Source: Podarcis gaigeae
Taxonomy: Eukaryota
Length of the DNA: 64,000 bases
Direction: 5' to 3' (one strand)
NCBI GenBank assembly: GCA_964106915.2
Contig: OZ066919.1
Below the pieces are notes generated by a model that had not been told where the DNA came from, did no database searches, and saw nothing but the letters and a program-made list of their open reading frames with translations. The first letter of the stretch is position 1; each line of letters starts with the position of its first letter. Made by a program: the position numbers and the translations under genes. This document shows positions 52,403 to 64,000 of this stretch, in pieces.

Positions 52403-52753
52403 GTAAAGGTAAAGGGACCCCTGACCATTAGGTCCAGTCGTGGCCGACTCTGGGGTTGCGGCGCTCATCTTGCTTTATTGGCCAAGGGAGCCGGCGTACA
52501 GCTTGCGGGTCATGTGGCCAGCATGACTAAGCCGCTTCTGATGAACCAGAGCAGCGCATGGAAACACCGTTTACCTTCCCGCCAGAGCGGTACCTATTTA
52601 TCTACTTGCACTCTGATGTGCTTTCGACCTGCTAGGTTGGCAGGAGCAGGGACTGAGCAATGGGAGCTCACCCCATCGCAGGGATTTGAACTGCCGACCT
52701 TCTGATCGGCAAGCCCTAGCTCTGTGGTTTAACCCACAGCGCCACCCATGTCC
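52403..52753 (-). mobile_element. Sauria SINE
   Basis: GTAAAGGTAAAGGGACCCC tail through CCACAGCGCCACCCATGTCCC head. Confidence 0.9.
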
Positions 52754-53029
52754 CCCCCTTCCAAAATAGTAGACAAAGTTAAAATACAATTATTCTTCAA
52801 AATTCACACTTAATCTGAATTTTGCAGTGCAGTTCTCCAGTCAAGTAATGTGTACACTAATGGATATACTAGGGTAAAGTGTGCAAGAGAATGCATATAT
52901 CAGTGAACAAAAACACACAAGACTACATTAATTTATGGAAACTTGGTTTGGAAAAATGATTAGAGTAGGGAAAATTGATTACGAAAATATATACGGGCAA
53001 CTCCTTATCTACACATGGGATTCATTCTG

Positions 53030-53702
53030 TTTTGGTTTTTTTAATAGATTTTTATTGAATTTTTCCATAATATCTCTGTTCATACCATTTTCCATATCAC
53101 ATCACATATTTTAGCTTATTGAACTTCCCTCAACTCCTCTGACAATCATCCATATTTAATTTTCTATCTTCGCATTCCTTAATAATAATATCGCCTTTAA
53201 ATAAAAAAAAATATCCTCATTTACATTCTTGCAATATTCCTTATTTTTTCACAAAGCTTCTTTAAAGCACACTAGCGTTGTGTGTTCCTCACATACAGTT
53301 TTCAAATATTCTCTGAATTTTCCCCAGTCCTCTAAAAACCTATGGTCTCTTTGAAGTCTGATTTTTTCAGTTAATTTGTCCAGTTCTGCATAGTCTATTA
53401 GTTTTGTTCTCCAATCTTCCAAAGTCGGTAGTTCTTCTTGCTTCCATTTTTGGGCCAACAATATTCTCGCTGCTGTTATTGCATACTGAAAAAGGTTACA
53501 GTCTCTCTTATTTATTTCATTTTTGGTTATTCCCAGTAAGAAGGTTTCTGGTTTCTTTACAAAGCTATATTTCAGCATTTTCTTTAACTCGTTATATATC
53601 ATTTCCCAAAACCTCTTCACTTTCTTGCACACCCACCACATATGAATAAATGTACCCTCTTTCTCTTTACATTTCCAACATTTGTTACTGGTTTTGTACA
53701 AA
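53030..53702 (-). mobile_element. L1/Tx1-clade LINE 3' fragment
   Basis: ORF 53249-53701 with CWKC...H....C zinc knuckle and WK...P...W; AATAAA and A-rich tail on minus strand; 19-bp TSD ACACA(T/G)GGGATTCATTCTG at 53011-53029 and 53703-53721. Confidence 0.9.
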
Positions 53703-54989
53703 ACACAGGGGATTCATTCTGAGGTGCCACACGTGTCATTTCTCACCCATCCTGTTCCACCCCTGCCATGTCCCTTTGCGGTGCTGAAAATGGTACATGT
53801 GTCAGTGGTTGCATGGGTGCTAGTCACATGCAAGTGGGAAGGTGCCTGTGTACAGTACTAGGGAAAATATTCACTAAAACCCTGGTGAATTTCCATGTGG
53901 ACTTTAAAGAAAAATACAAGAACCTAGATAACTGAATTTAAGGATGGAAAATTTATATACTGAGAAAAACTGAAGTGAACAGATTTTCTCAAACAACATT
54001 TTCACTTTCTTTGGGCTCCTCTCTGTCTAAGTATAAGATTCAAGACAGTGAGCAATGAAGGGGGAACAAAAGGGAAATAGCATGTGACCTTAGTGTAGTT
54101 TGTGTCTTAACAGCAGCAAACTCATTCCCCATTGAATATGAACCTTCCCATCTCTCTCCCAGAGAAGCAATTTCCTTAATAGTTCTATTATAATAATAGG
54201 TCTTCTGTAACATAGCCTGATCACAGAACTTTTTTTATACTACATCTCTCAACCAAATTGTGTCCCTCTACCCGTTTTATGACATCAGAATGATAAAACG
54301 GTGGACATTATAGATAACAAACGACTGAGCACAGATGTGTAAAGGCATGTGTGGTGGAAAAATTAAAGTACTTAATCTTCAAGCCAATAACCGAAGGGAA
54401 GAGGAATATTAAGAAGTAACAGGAATGGAGGGCGAAGGGGAGCTGTGATGAGAAAAGCCAGGCAAGTCTGTTGTTCGAGATGCAAGCAGTAAAGGTTGGA
54501 GACAGATGGAAATTTGAAGTGTAGCAGAAGTCGTTTGAAGAACACACATCCTCAGCCGTGTGAGCTGTCTTGCAGTGTTTCAGATGTGTGTTTCATCTAT
54601 CTTTACCATGCTTCAGAGTGTATGACTTCACTCCCGAGTTGAAAGGTAGCATTGTACCAGTTTTTGCTTCCCTACTTGTTCTTGGTAATTGTGTAAATGT
54701 TTACAAAAGCTTATATTTAATGTGTGAGTCTATGTTCCATTTGCAGAAGCAGTTTGAATATTAGAGTCCCATCCATATGTTAACTTCTATTACATTTGGT
54801 TCTGCAGTTTAAACATATGGGTAAAACAGCAGGAAGTGTCCTGGATATGTTGGACTAGAGCTCTAAGGCAGAAAGAACAGCAGGAATCCACCTCAGGATC
54901 AGGGATCCTGGCATTCTCCAAGATTACCCAAGGGCCATTCTGAGAAAAGAGCAATTTGTGGACCATCTAGGTAGATGGCCTGCCAGATG

Positions 54990-55255
54990 CTGCAGGGCCC
55001 CCAGATGTTGTTAGACTGTAATTCCCCTGGTCCCTGAACTTTGGCCACGCCACCTGGGGCTGATGGGAATTGGAGTTCAGCAACATCTGAAAGGCCACAG
55101 GTCCCTCTTCTCTAATCTAGAGCAAGGATAGCCAATCTGGTCCCTAGAGCTGTTGTGGATTACAACTCCCATCATCTCCATCTAGCATAGCTAATGGTTA
55201 GGAATTTTGGATGGAGGGCAATACATCTAGAGAGCTCCAGATTGGCTCCCCCTGA
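54990..55255. mobile_element. Two adjacent palindromic hAT-type MITEs
   Basis: CCAGATGTTG...CAACATCTG and GCCAATCTGG...CCAGATTGGC inverted arms; TCTAGA target-like flanks. Confidence 0.6.
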
Positions 55256-56569
55256 TCTAGAGGAAGTGGACATCTGAAGGGGCTTAGACTCTTCAAGTGA
55301 AGAACTGAGTCCACAGCTATGTACCTTTGCCCATCATCCCTCACATTCGCATAAGCTTGTAGAGAGAAGGCAGGTGATCTACCCCATGACCAGGAATCTA
55401 AGGCTTCATGGCATGGCATAGCCCCTCTAAGCTGTATTTTGCACCAGAATAGGCTAAAATACCCAGTATATTTGGATTGTGTGATGTGGGAGTGCTGAAA
55501 CAGCATTTTGATCATCAAAATAATCCTTGTCTTAACAAGCCGTATTTGGCTGGCTGAGTGATTTTTTATTTTATTTTTTAAAAGAATCTAGACACAATTT
55601 TACACAGTATACCAAACTAAGAAGACAGTAAAATGTATTCTGCATTTTTTAACATGAACATGTTTGGGACCGCAATGTTGTTGCATTATCAAGGTGATTA
55701 AAAAATGTGGCTCATAAGAAACAAATAAAGAAGCATAAAATTGGTGTTTTCGTGATAAGCAGCTCTTGAAAACTGCGAAAGAAAGGAAAATTCTGCAAAG
55801 AGAAAACAGAAACATATGGTATAGTGTGGGAAGATGAGTAAGATAGGTCATGATGCTGCTACAATCAAAGTAAATGTAAGCTTCAGTGTCCTGAAAGCCA
55901 GGCCAAATCACTGGCACAGAGTGAGGGAAGCATCAGTAAAGTACCAGAGTGAGACTGACAAAGCAGTCCTAACTATAGGAAGCTGGAAGGTTTTATGCTA
56001 CCTTAAATTAAGCTGGCACAAGTTACCCGTATTCCAAATTCTGTTCAGGAGTGAGGCTATGCACATCTACCATTGATCGGGGGGGGGGGGGCTTACTTCT
56101 CAGTAAATCTGCTTGAGGTTGGCAGCACAATCAGGAAATAAACACAAAACTGCAATTTTGGTGGGGGGGAGAAGGGTGAAGAGGTAACATTGACAGATTT
56201 GAATAGATATTTGTGGATAGGATAGCTGAGATAGCTTGCCTTTTGTAACCAACACCCACAAATCCCTCAGTATTCTTCCTATTTGTTCCTTACACTTATT
56301 GTACTAGGTCCCCACCCCCACCCTCAGTCTTGAGGGCTTTAAAAAAATATTTTAATGTCAAAATTGTATGTATAATGTTAATTATAGTGGGTGAGCTAAT
56401 GGAGCTATGTCAAGAAGCTCGTTAAATAAGTTCTATTGAGATGATTGCCATGAATTAGGGACAGGTAACAGGTGACCTGACATGCTGTGGGGACTTTTCA
56501 AGAGGATTTTACTGTGAAACTTTGAAACACACAGGGAAAGCAGTATGCTTTCCGTCAGCAAAGCAGTTG

Positions 56570-56705
56570 GGAAAGGGCTGTGACTCAGCAACAGAGCACA
56601 GGCTTTGCATGCAAAACATATCAGGTTTAATCCCCCAAATCTCTCGGAAGGGCTCAGGAAAGTTCCTGTTTGAAATCTTGGCGAGCCATCACTGTCAGTC
56701 AGTGC
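56570..56705 (+). mobile_element. tRNA-derived SINE, decayed (family of 18722-19130)
   Basis: GACTCAGCAACAGAGCACAGGCTTTGCATGCAAAAC...CAGGTTTAATCCCC. Confidence 0.55.
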
Positions 56706-57865
56706 CATAGACCACTGCTTCCCAGCTACGGTTTCTTCTTGATAATGTATTTGCTTTTAATGGGGGCAATATGCTTGAGACCAAAAAAGAATAAATTTCC
56801 CCCATCTGTTCACATTCTTTTAAATGCATTATTATTAAGCCTTGAAAGGAGCGGAGAATAGCAGCCAGACAAATAAGTGACCTGTTCAAGAACTGGGTTT
56901 TCAGCACTTGCCCTTAAGTCCAAAGAAAGAAGCAGAATGGATGCTGAATCTGACCCAAGATTAAGGCTGACTAATATTACACTGAACATCAAAGAACTTT
57001 GTTTAACACAGCAGGCACATCCATCGCATGAAATATTCATATTGATTTTCAATTTCAGTTTCATACAATTCAAGTTGTAATACAATGCCCTTTAAATAAA
57101 AGAAGCAATAAAAAGACAATTAAAATCATATGGCATCTGGCAGCCACACTACAGGCAGACAGATTATTAGGTGGTCCACCATTTTTCAAGTGGTCCATAT
57201 GGGGGGGGGGGGGGAGTTTGGGAACTACTGGCCTGGGATAAAGAAGGAAACTGGTTGATTCCAATCTATCTCTGATAAAGCATACATCTCAGGTACTGGA
57301 CATTTTTTATACAACCAAACCACTGGCACAAGCTTGAGATGACGTCGTCAACAACAACCTAGGAACAGACTCCATCTGAGGCACTCCTTGTGATCTCAAA
57401 GTAATAAGCGAACTTCTTAAGATTTCTTGAAGTAACAAGTAAGCAACACACCTTGAGGTAATTATCACTTTCCTGTATTCTCAGGCTATTCCTTTGCATA
57501 TACACTGCTCTCCTAAGAAACAGAAATTGGGTAATCTATATTTACATACTGAGCACAAGCACCAATGAATACCAAGAGCTGGCAAAATTAAATTGATAGA
57601 GCTTAGCTGCTGCAAGAAAAAAGAACCACTCTGTTTTGGGTTTACATGCAGTTCATTCGTGGGAACGCCCTGATTATGGGCCAAAGGGGACCTGGCCTTC
57701 CTTGTGGCATCCTTGGGGTCACAAATATAACTTGTGTTCTGTAAGCATAGGTCCATACACGTCTGCTGCTGAAAATACAGGTCCATATACACAAAGGGAC
57801 AACTGATTATATTCCTGTATTCTTTCCCTTCCATTTCTGCTTGGCTTGTTTCTTGTGGCAGTGCT

Positions 57866-57866
<1 letters not shown>

Positions 57867-57911
<45 letters not shown>
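57867..57911. repeat. (GCT)15 / CAG-CTG trinucleotide repeat
   Basis: Uninterrupted triplet run. Confidence 0.95.
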
Positions 57912-58468
57912 AAGTATGATTTGAGTTGCACATTTTGACCACTGCGCATGAAAAATATTCCATTTCCAGACTTTTCTTGCAACTAGGGTACCATGGTTCA
58001 ACTTTCTTTCTGTGATAGTTGCACTCTCAAAATCTTTTACTTGGTCTGTCAATGGGTGAGGGCCTGTGCTTTTTTTCTTTAAAAAATTGTTTAGGCGTAC
58101 TCGCATTTTGACTCAAGAAAATCACCATTTTATAGTTCAAATCGGGGGAAATAAATACAGTAAATGGACAAAAGTACAAAGATTCACAAAATGTTTAGGG
58201 GTGTGCGTAACCCTGTGCCCCCCCCCCAGGAAAAAAAGCACTGGTGAGGGTTAAGCATTTCTAAATAAAGTCAGCCTCCATTCTGCTTGCATAAGTGTGC
58301 TTCTGGCTGCCACTGCAAATGCATTCAAGTACAACTAGGAATGTCTCCTGTCTGAAATTCTGGAGAGCTGTTGCCAATCAGTGTAGATAGTACTGAGTTA
58401 GATGGACCAATGGTCTGACTCAGCTTCCCAAGTTTCTAGAAAGTGTGTTCTCACTAATAGAGAGCACG

Positions 58469-59244
58469 TGTTGCGGTGGGGTCTAACAGGCCATCCCACT
58501 CTTGCTGGGCTGATCTATTGGATGGTCACAGCCTATGATTGTGTGTGTGTGTTTCTGGGGAGATTTTGATGTTGCCAATTTGGGGGTTGGGCTAAAAGGT
58601 TTTAAATACTGGGCACATAGCTTTGAGCGTCCTCTTTTGCTGCATGCATTGGATCACCCGCCCACCCTCCCTGAAATGGGGATTTGTGCTTGACCTTGCT
58701 ATGCCTGTCATGGGGTCGTCTGCCGTTGGAGCAGGGGCCTGGTAGGAATTTTGTCCATTTGGCTGATTGGCTGGAGCCATTTGGTTTTTTGCCTACTGCG
58801 TAGCAAATCGTCACAACTTTTAAGGTTTGTGGTTAGGCACTGGTTAAAAAATTGGTTGGTGGAGGGGTAAGTGCCTACCCCTCCAAATGCTGGTGCTGCA
58901 AGGGAATTCCATTAAAGGAATCCGGGGGCTTGCCATGCTTACGTCCAAGTCCCTGGCATCACGCTTGGGCCACGCAAGGCCTCTGGGAGCATGCGGGGAG
59001 AGGTGAGGGTCTGGTGCCCAGCTTCATGTCTCCCCGATACTGTTTTCCCTGACTGGCTTTCACTGGAATCCGGAAGTCAGTTCTGTCCCTAGGTGTGGGG
59101 ACAGATAGTCGGAACCAATGCCTAAGCAACCACTCGCAGTTATGTATGTATTTAAATAAAGTTGTGGCCAAAATTATGCCAAAAACCTTAAACAAAAATT
59201 ACATGTGATGTGTGAGTTATTGGGCTGGCTTGGGGACCTCAACA
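58469..59244 (+). mobile_element. Solo LTR (copy B; Gypsy- or ERV1-type)
   Basis: Termini TGTTGCGGT / ACCTCAACA (8/9 inverted); 4-bp TSD CACG/CACA (CpG decay); AATAAA at 59155-59160. Confidence 0.85.
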
Positions 59245-60584
59245 CACAATGCTCAGAATTGGAAACCCTCCCACCCTCCCAATTCTGCAATTTAATCCAC
59301 CATCCCTTAAGCATTGAAAGGACTGCATGACAAAACATACAATGTTTAGGTATTGTTTTGCTTTACACTGTGTCAAAAAACAAACAAACCCCAAAACCTT
59401 TGAGGTCTCATACTTCTTTTACATTGAATTCATTAACAGTGCATAAGTAAGTTAAAAACATAGAAGCATGGGAGGGGAAACTTCTTAGTGAAATGATGAA
59501 AAGCTGTGCAAGCCCTGAAGGACTCATAATCTGCCTGGGAGAATTCAACAAGTTTAAAATGCAAGCAGCTAGCCCCCTGAGTAAATAGCATGGAAATGTG
59601 TGTGTGTACATTAAGCTAAAGAGCCAGGCTTTGGGTCAAGTAAATAACACAGTCAATGCATTAGCAAGAAAACGAATCCAGAATCTGCAGTGCCAAGAGA
59701 CAAGGGAGGCTCCATCAAGAGCAAAGAACAGTACTGGTATGACATTAAACCAAGGAAAATCTAATCTCAGAAAATGCTACATCATAATAATATAAAAAAT
59801 CTGGCAGACAGGGTGTAGTGCCCCTATAGAATTCTGTTCTATTCTGGTCTGTAGATTGCTTTCATCGGAATGGCTCGCAAGCATCTCCAAGAATCTATTT
59901 TTCCTACATAGCCAACCGAAAACGGTAAAATAATTTGTATAAAGATCCATTTTTCATCACTCAAGTGTGTGCGGCAAAAAAAAAAGATATTAATAAAAAC
60001 TTGTAGGTCATATTTTTTTATGTCAAACACTATTTGCTCCGTCTTCCCCACAGGAATATTATTATCTACTTCATTTCTATGGTCACTTGAGAACACTTGA
60101 GATCTTTTAAAGCAACTGAGATTGGCACTTTAATGTATCACCATGACCTCATGTATATATGTGTACTGCACACATAAAGTACACTGGGGAAAGGATTCGT
60201 CTGCAGATACCTATTGAGATTATAGTTGCTTTTGTTTGCCTCTGTAGTCCTATGAGCAAAGGCAACAGAATAATATGAAAGAGGCTTGTATCAAACCAAG
60301 AGCTAGGGAGGTATCTGAAATTTTGAATCCAGTGGGATTTCCCCCCCCCCCCCCAGAATAAGTGGTTTCAGGGATAAAACTGTTTCTCTCCTTTTCTTTA
60401 ATGGGCTTCTGACTACATGCTAGAAGTTTAAATGATTATGCCAGATTGTTTGCATCTCTAATTAAAAGCTGGAATTTCAGTAGGCTGAAGACTATTTGTT
60501 AAAGCTTAGTGTATTTTAAAATTTGAACCTTCACAGCTCAAAGTAAGCACCACTGAGTTCAGCAGAGTTTCGTCTCTGGTAACT

Positions 60585-61030
60585 ATTTATTTGATTTGAT
60601 TTATTAAATTTGTATATTGTCCTTTATCCAAAGATCACAAGATACGAGAACACAAATTACATAACAAAACACAAAAACAAGCCAACAATCCCTGACCTCC
60701 CAGAGACACGTTTAAAAGGCCATAGATGGTTTTATCAGCCCAAGGCCTGGTTATAGAGAAATGTTCCTTCTTGGTGCCTAAAGACATGTAGTGAAAGGAA
60801 GGCGCCGGGCAAGCCTCCCTGGGGAGAGCATTCCACAAATGAGCAGCCACCACAGAAGAAGCTCATTCTCGTGTTGCCACCCTCTGGGCCTCTCGTGGAA
60901 GAGGCATATGAAGAAGGATATTGGATGATGATTGCAGGGTCCAGGTCTATTAATATGGGCAGAGGCGGCTCTTGAGGTATTGTGCTCCTGGACCGTTTAA
61001 GCTTTATAAGTAAAAACCAGCACTTGGAAT
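60585..61030 (-). mobile_element. L2-clade LINE 3' end
   Basis: TTTATT tail, WNALP motif, AGCTTTATAAGTAAAAACCAGCACTT (KVLV.TYKA on the minus strand). Confidence 0.75.
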
Positions 61031-61832
61031 ATGCATAGGATTGTAGTCATGCTGCTCCTAACAAGTTAGGCATTATGCTATGTTCTGTTGATTGGGGGGG
61101 GGCGGGGCGGTGAGGTGAGATGTATCAACACAGCTACCTGCATTTTTAAACGCTCCTTGGCTATAAGTTGTCTTGATGAACTCCCACTCTTCCAAAATTA
61201 CTGCTGCACCACTGTTCAGCTGCATTTAATACCAGATCTCATGCAAAAGAGGCACAGAATCAACTAACAACTTGTAGAGGGATCTTGCAGCCCAATATTT
61301 CTAAATCCCATCCCCTACTACAAAACAAAATAGTTTTTCTGTCCTAGATTATAAGAAATTGGCTGGATCTTAGAAGTACTGCAGCTCAGAAGTGTTGATA
61401 ATTTAAGAAATTTCAGTCTGTCGGACTCTCATATAACCCATGCAGAGCTAGTAGGCACTTGAGATTCAATTTTTATAGGGATGCTCTGGAGAGATTCTTC
61501 ACCCTTATTAATCATCTAAATGATTCATGTCAAGTTTCAGTAGATAGGCACCTGGGCCAAAAATTCAGCAACCCAACGTAAGCAGAAGAATTCCAATGAG
61601 ACACAGATCCTTAAAAGTTAGGAGTGATCCAGAGTCAACGTGTATCTTTTTTTTAGACATTTATGTGAGGCCTCTAAACCTCCTCATTCAAAGTGGGACA
61701 AAAATGTACCAAGCATTACTTTGTTTATCTGAAAGAGCGAAACTTTGGGGGTCATTAAAACATAGAGCAACACCTCATAAACAACAATCTGAAATTTAGC
61801 TTTGCATCAGATTTTCTAGGTACAATATATAT

Positions 61833-61968
61833 CAGGCATAGGCAACCTCGACCCTCCAGGTGTTTTGGGACTACAATTCCCATCATCCCTGACCACTGGT
61901 CCTGTTAGCTAAGGATCATGGGAGTTGTAGTCCCAAAGCATCTGGAGGGCCGAGGTTGCCTATGCCTG
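61833..61968. mobile_element. Palindromic hAT MITE (family of 50140-50262)
   Basis: TIRs CAGGCATAGGCAACCTCG / CGAGGTTGCCTATGCCTG; perfect 8-bp TSD ATATATAT. Confidence 0.92.
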
Positions 61969-62310
61969 ATATATATGGAAGCATTCCTAGCTGCATTAGT
62001 GTGCTTGTCTGCAACAACTCTGAGCATATATTGTGTGAGCATACAGCCACAGAGATACTTGCATCCATCTAGCAGTTCGTTCTCAGAAAACCTGGAACAC
62101 TTCAGCTTTGCACATAGCAAAAACAAGGTACACACTACTTTCTCCGCAGTAAACGTTATCGTCTGCAGTAGTCACAGCATGCTCATCCTAATCCGTGCAT
62201 GCATCCCGAGCTGGATAAAGAGCATATGCCTATTGTTCATTTGGTGCCAGAAAGACTGAAATGCCGTAAGAGAGAATGACCGCTCCCCACTTAAAACGGG
62301 GGGCGCCCTT

Positions 62311-63126
62311 TGCGTGGACGCGTGCAGCCCTGGATCTGGAGTGGCCCCATCAGCATAGGCTTTGCCTTCCCTCAGGTGGGATACCTGGAGGTCCCCGCCT
62401 ACCCCAGTGAGTTGTCCAATCCCACCTGGGGGAAGTGTTGCCAGGGAAACCAGGCCAGGTAGGGGGAGGGATTACCTGCCCACACAATAGAGGGTGGATC
62501 TTAATTGGTAATCCTCACTTGGCTCCAGAGCTTCTCCCACCCTACCCACCCTCAGTTAATGTCTTCTTTTGCAGGTTAACTTTTCTTCATAGGTTTTGCA
62601 GGTTAACCTGTCTCCACAGGTATGCGGGCGCTGCTACGATAAGGTCGCTGTTAAAGGGCCGGAAAGGAATTTCCCTGCATTGGCAGGTTTCGCCTTTCCC
62701 GTAGCAAAACGTCACAACTTTGGCGGTATCAGGCCTTGGGCGGAATCCTTTAGTCCATCTTCCTCTTTGCGGCGGCGATACCAGGGTTCCCCGTTAAAGG
62801 GGTTTTTGAAGGGAGGCTTTGGCCGTACGCCGAAAGGTCGTCATTGCTCTCCCCTGCGGCGGCGTAACGGGGGCGGCTATCTCTGCTTGAACATATGTTC
62901 TCCAGAGCCGGCCCATCCCCCCACACACACACACTGGATAACCCTGATGCTCCCTAGGTCCCCGGCTGGGGACTAGGGAGGGAGAACGCCCAGTGCCTGA
63001 GCCAAGGTCTACCCACATTTGAAATTTAATAAAGTTGTGGCCAATTTAATCCCATAGCACGTTGAGTCATTATTCCACATGACGGGGGGGACCACTCGGG
63101 ATCTGGGGACTCCGCCTGTCCACGCA
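62311..63126 (+). mobile_element. LTR (copy C), CpG-rich, preceded by a polypurine tract
   Basis: Perfect 9-bp inverted termini TGCGTGGAC / GTCCACGCA; AATAAA at 63028-63033; AAAACGGGGGG at 62293-62303. Confidence 0.85.
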
Positions 63127-63202
63127 AATGTATTCATGCAGCCTCAGGTCTTACGCAGATCTTGAAATCCTGGCAGACTTTGGAAGCCATCAAGTCTTCT
63201 AA

Positions 63203-63257
63203 ACTGTAATTTCAATGTTTGAATTAAGACTGTAATTTCAATGTTTGAATTAAGACT
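63203..63257. repeat. Perfect 26-bp tandem duplication
   Basis: ACTGTAATTTCAATGTTTGAATTAAG twice (63203-63228, 63229-63254). Confidence 0.95.
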
Positions 63258-64000
63258 CTGGTGCAATGGGATTGCCCTATTGAACTGGAGTTCCATGTTA
63301 TATGCATTTGGGGTGCATTCTTAGCCGTGCATCGTGGGTAAATATCACCCAGCAGGGACTGATGTTCCATTTCAAGTAATTTGCTGGTACAGCCTGTGCT
63401 GCCCCTACTTCTGTGTGTATGCCATGGATACTTCAGCAAGAGATCATACAGGCCTCAGCTCGGAGCATATGTGCGTTGCAAGGATTCTATGCACTCACAC
63501 AGTGCATCTGATCCCTGAAAACAGAAGCCCATGGAGATGTGCTCTTAATGTAAAAAAGCAGCAGGAAGCAAGGAGTCAACCCTCATAGCCTATCGATTTA
63601 TCTCTCCCAGGCATGCTGATATGCAGTTATGCAGAACCAAAGGGTTTGGTTTTGAGATTTTTAAATCGAGTTGAGTTTTTAAATCTTCTCTTTGCATCAT
63701 TTATCCCTCTTTCTGTAAATCGGCTCTTCTCTGAAAGATGAGGCCAGAATATTTAAAACAACAGAAAAAACAGCCAAGCTTCATTTATTTATTTTTTAAT
63801 GAGGCACCTCACAATAGCCCGTTAGTGTTTTCTCTCCTCCTTTACTTTTATTTGCATTTGTTCTGGTGAAAATTGCTAAAGATAAATAAATCTTCTAGAT
63901 CACTTTTTAAAAATTTGAATTCTGCCTCTGGTCAATTGTCTTCCTTGTTTGCTGGTACTCTTTTGCTAACCTGACACAAACAATCGTGGTAGAGCTTGAG

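Noticed and set aside
57719-58106. Poly-Ala / poly-Ser ORFs
   Set aside because: Artefacts of the CTG microsatellite
62700-62780. MALAT1-type 3' module (AGCAAAA followed by a mascRNA-like tRNA)
   Set aside because: No cloverleaf is apparent downstream, there is no long genomic A tract, and AGCA is better explained by pairing with upstream TGCT

Overview
Vertebrate (squamate, most likely lacertid lizard) intronic or intergenic DNA. The assignment rests on four Sauria SINEs, Bov-B 3' ends and squamate-type CR1/L2/Penelope families. I recognise no host protein-coding exon, intact tRNA/rRNA gene or CRISPR array. Every long ORF that resembles a known protein is a retroelement fragment: Penelope RT/GIY-YIG, CR1 RT, L2 RT and an L1/Tx1 C-terminus. 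The rest is hAT and Tc1/mariner MITEs, tRNA-derived SINEs, LTR-like elements and microsatellites. Two RNA-level signals stand out. (1) Three diverged, co-oriented LTR-like elements (~2.9-3.7 kb, 58.5-59.2 kb, 62.3-63.1 kb) share a motif whose paired segments change in a compensatory way around a U-rich internal loop. It resembles an ENE (poly(A)-binding triple-helix element), and a downstream segment is complementary to the element's own poly(A)-signal region. (2) Minimal hammerhead-ribozyme motifs occur in Penelope pseudo-LTRs, including an ORF-less inverted-repeat insertion at ~2 kb carrying one on each strand. Family names come from pattern recognition, not database searches, and boundaries of old repeats are approximate.
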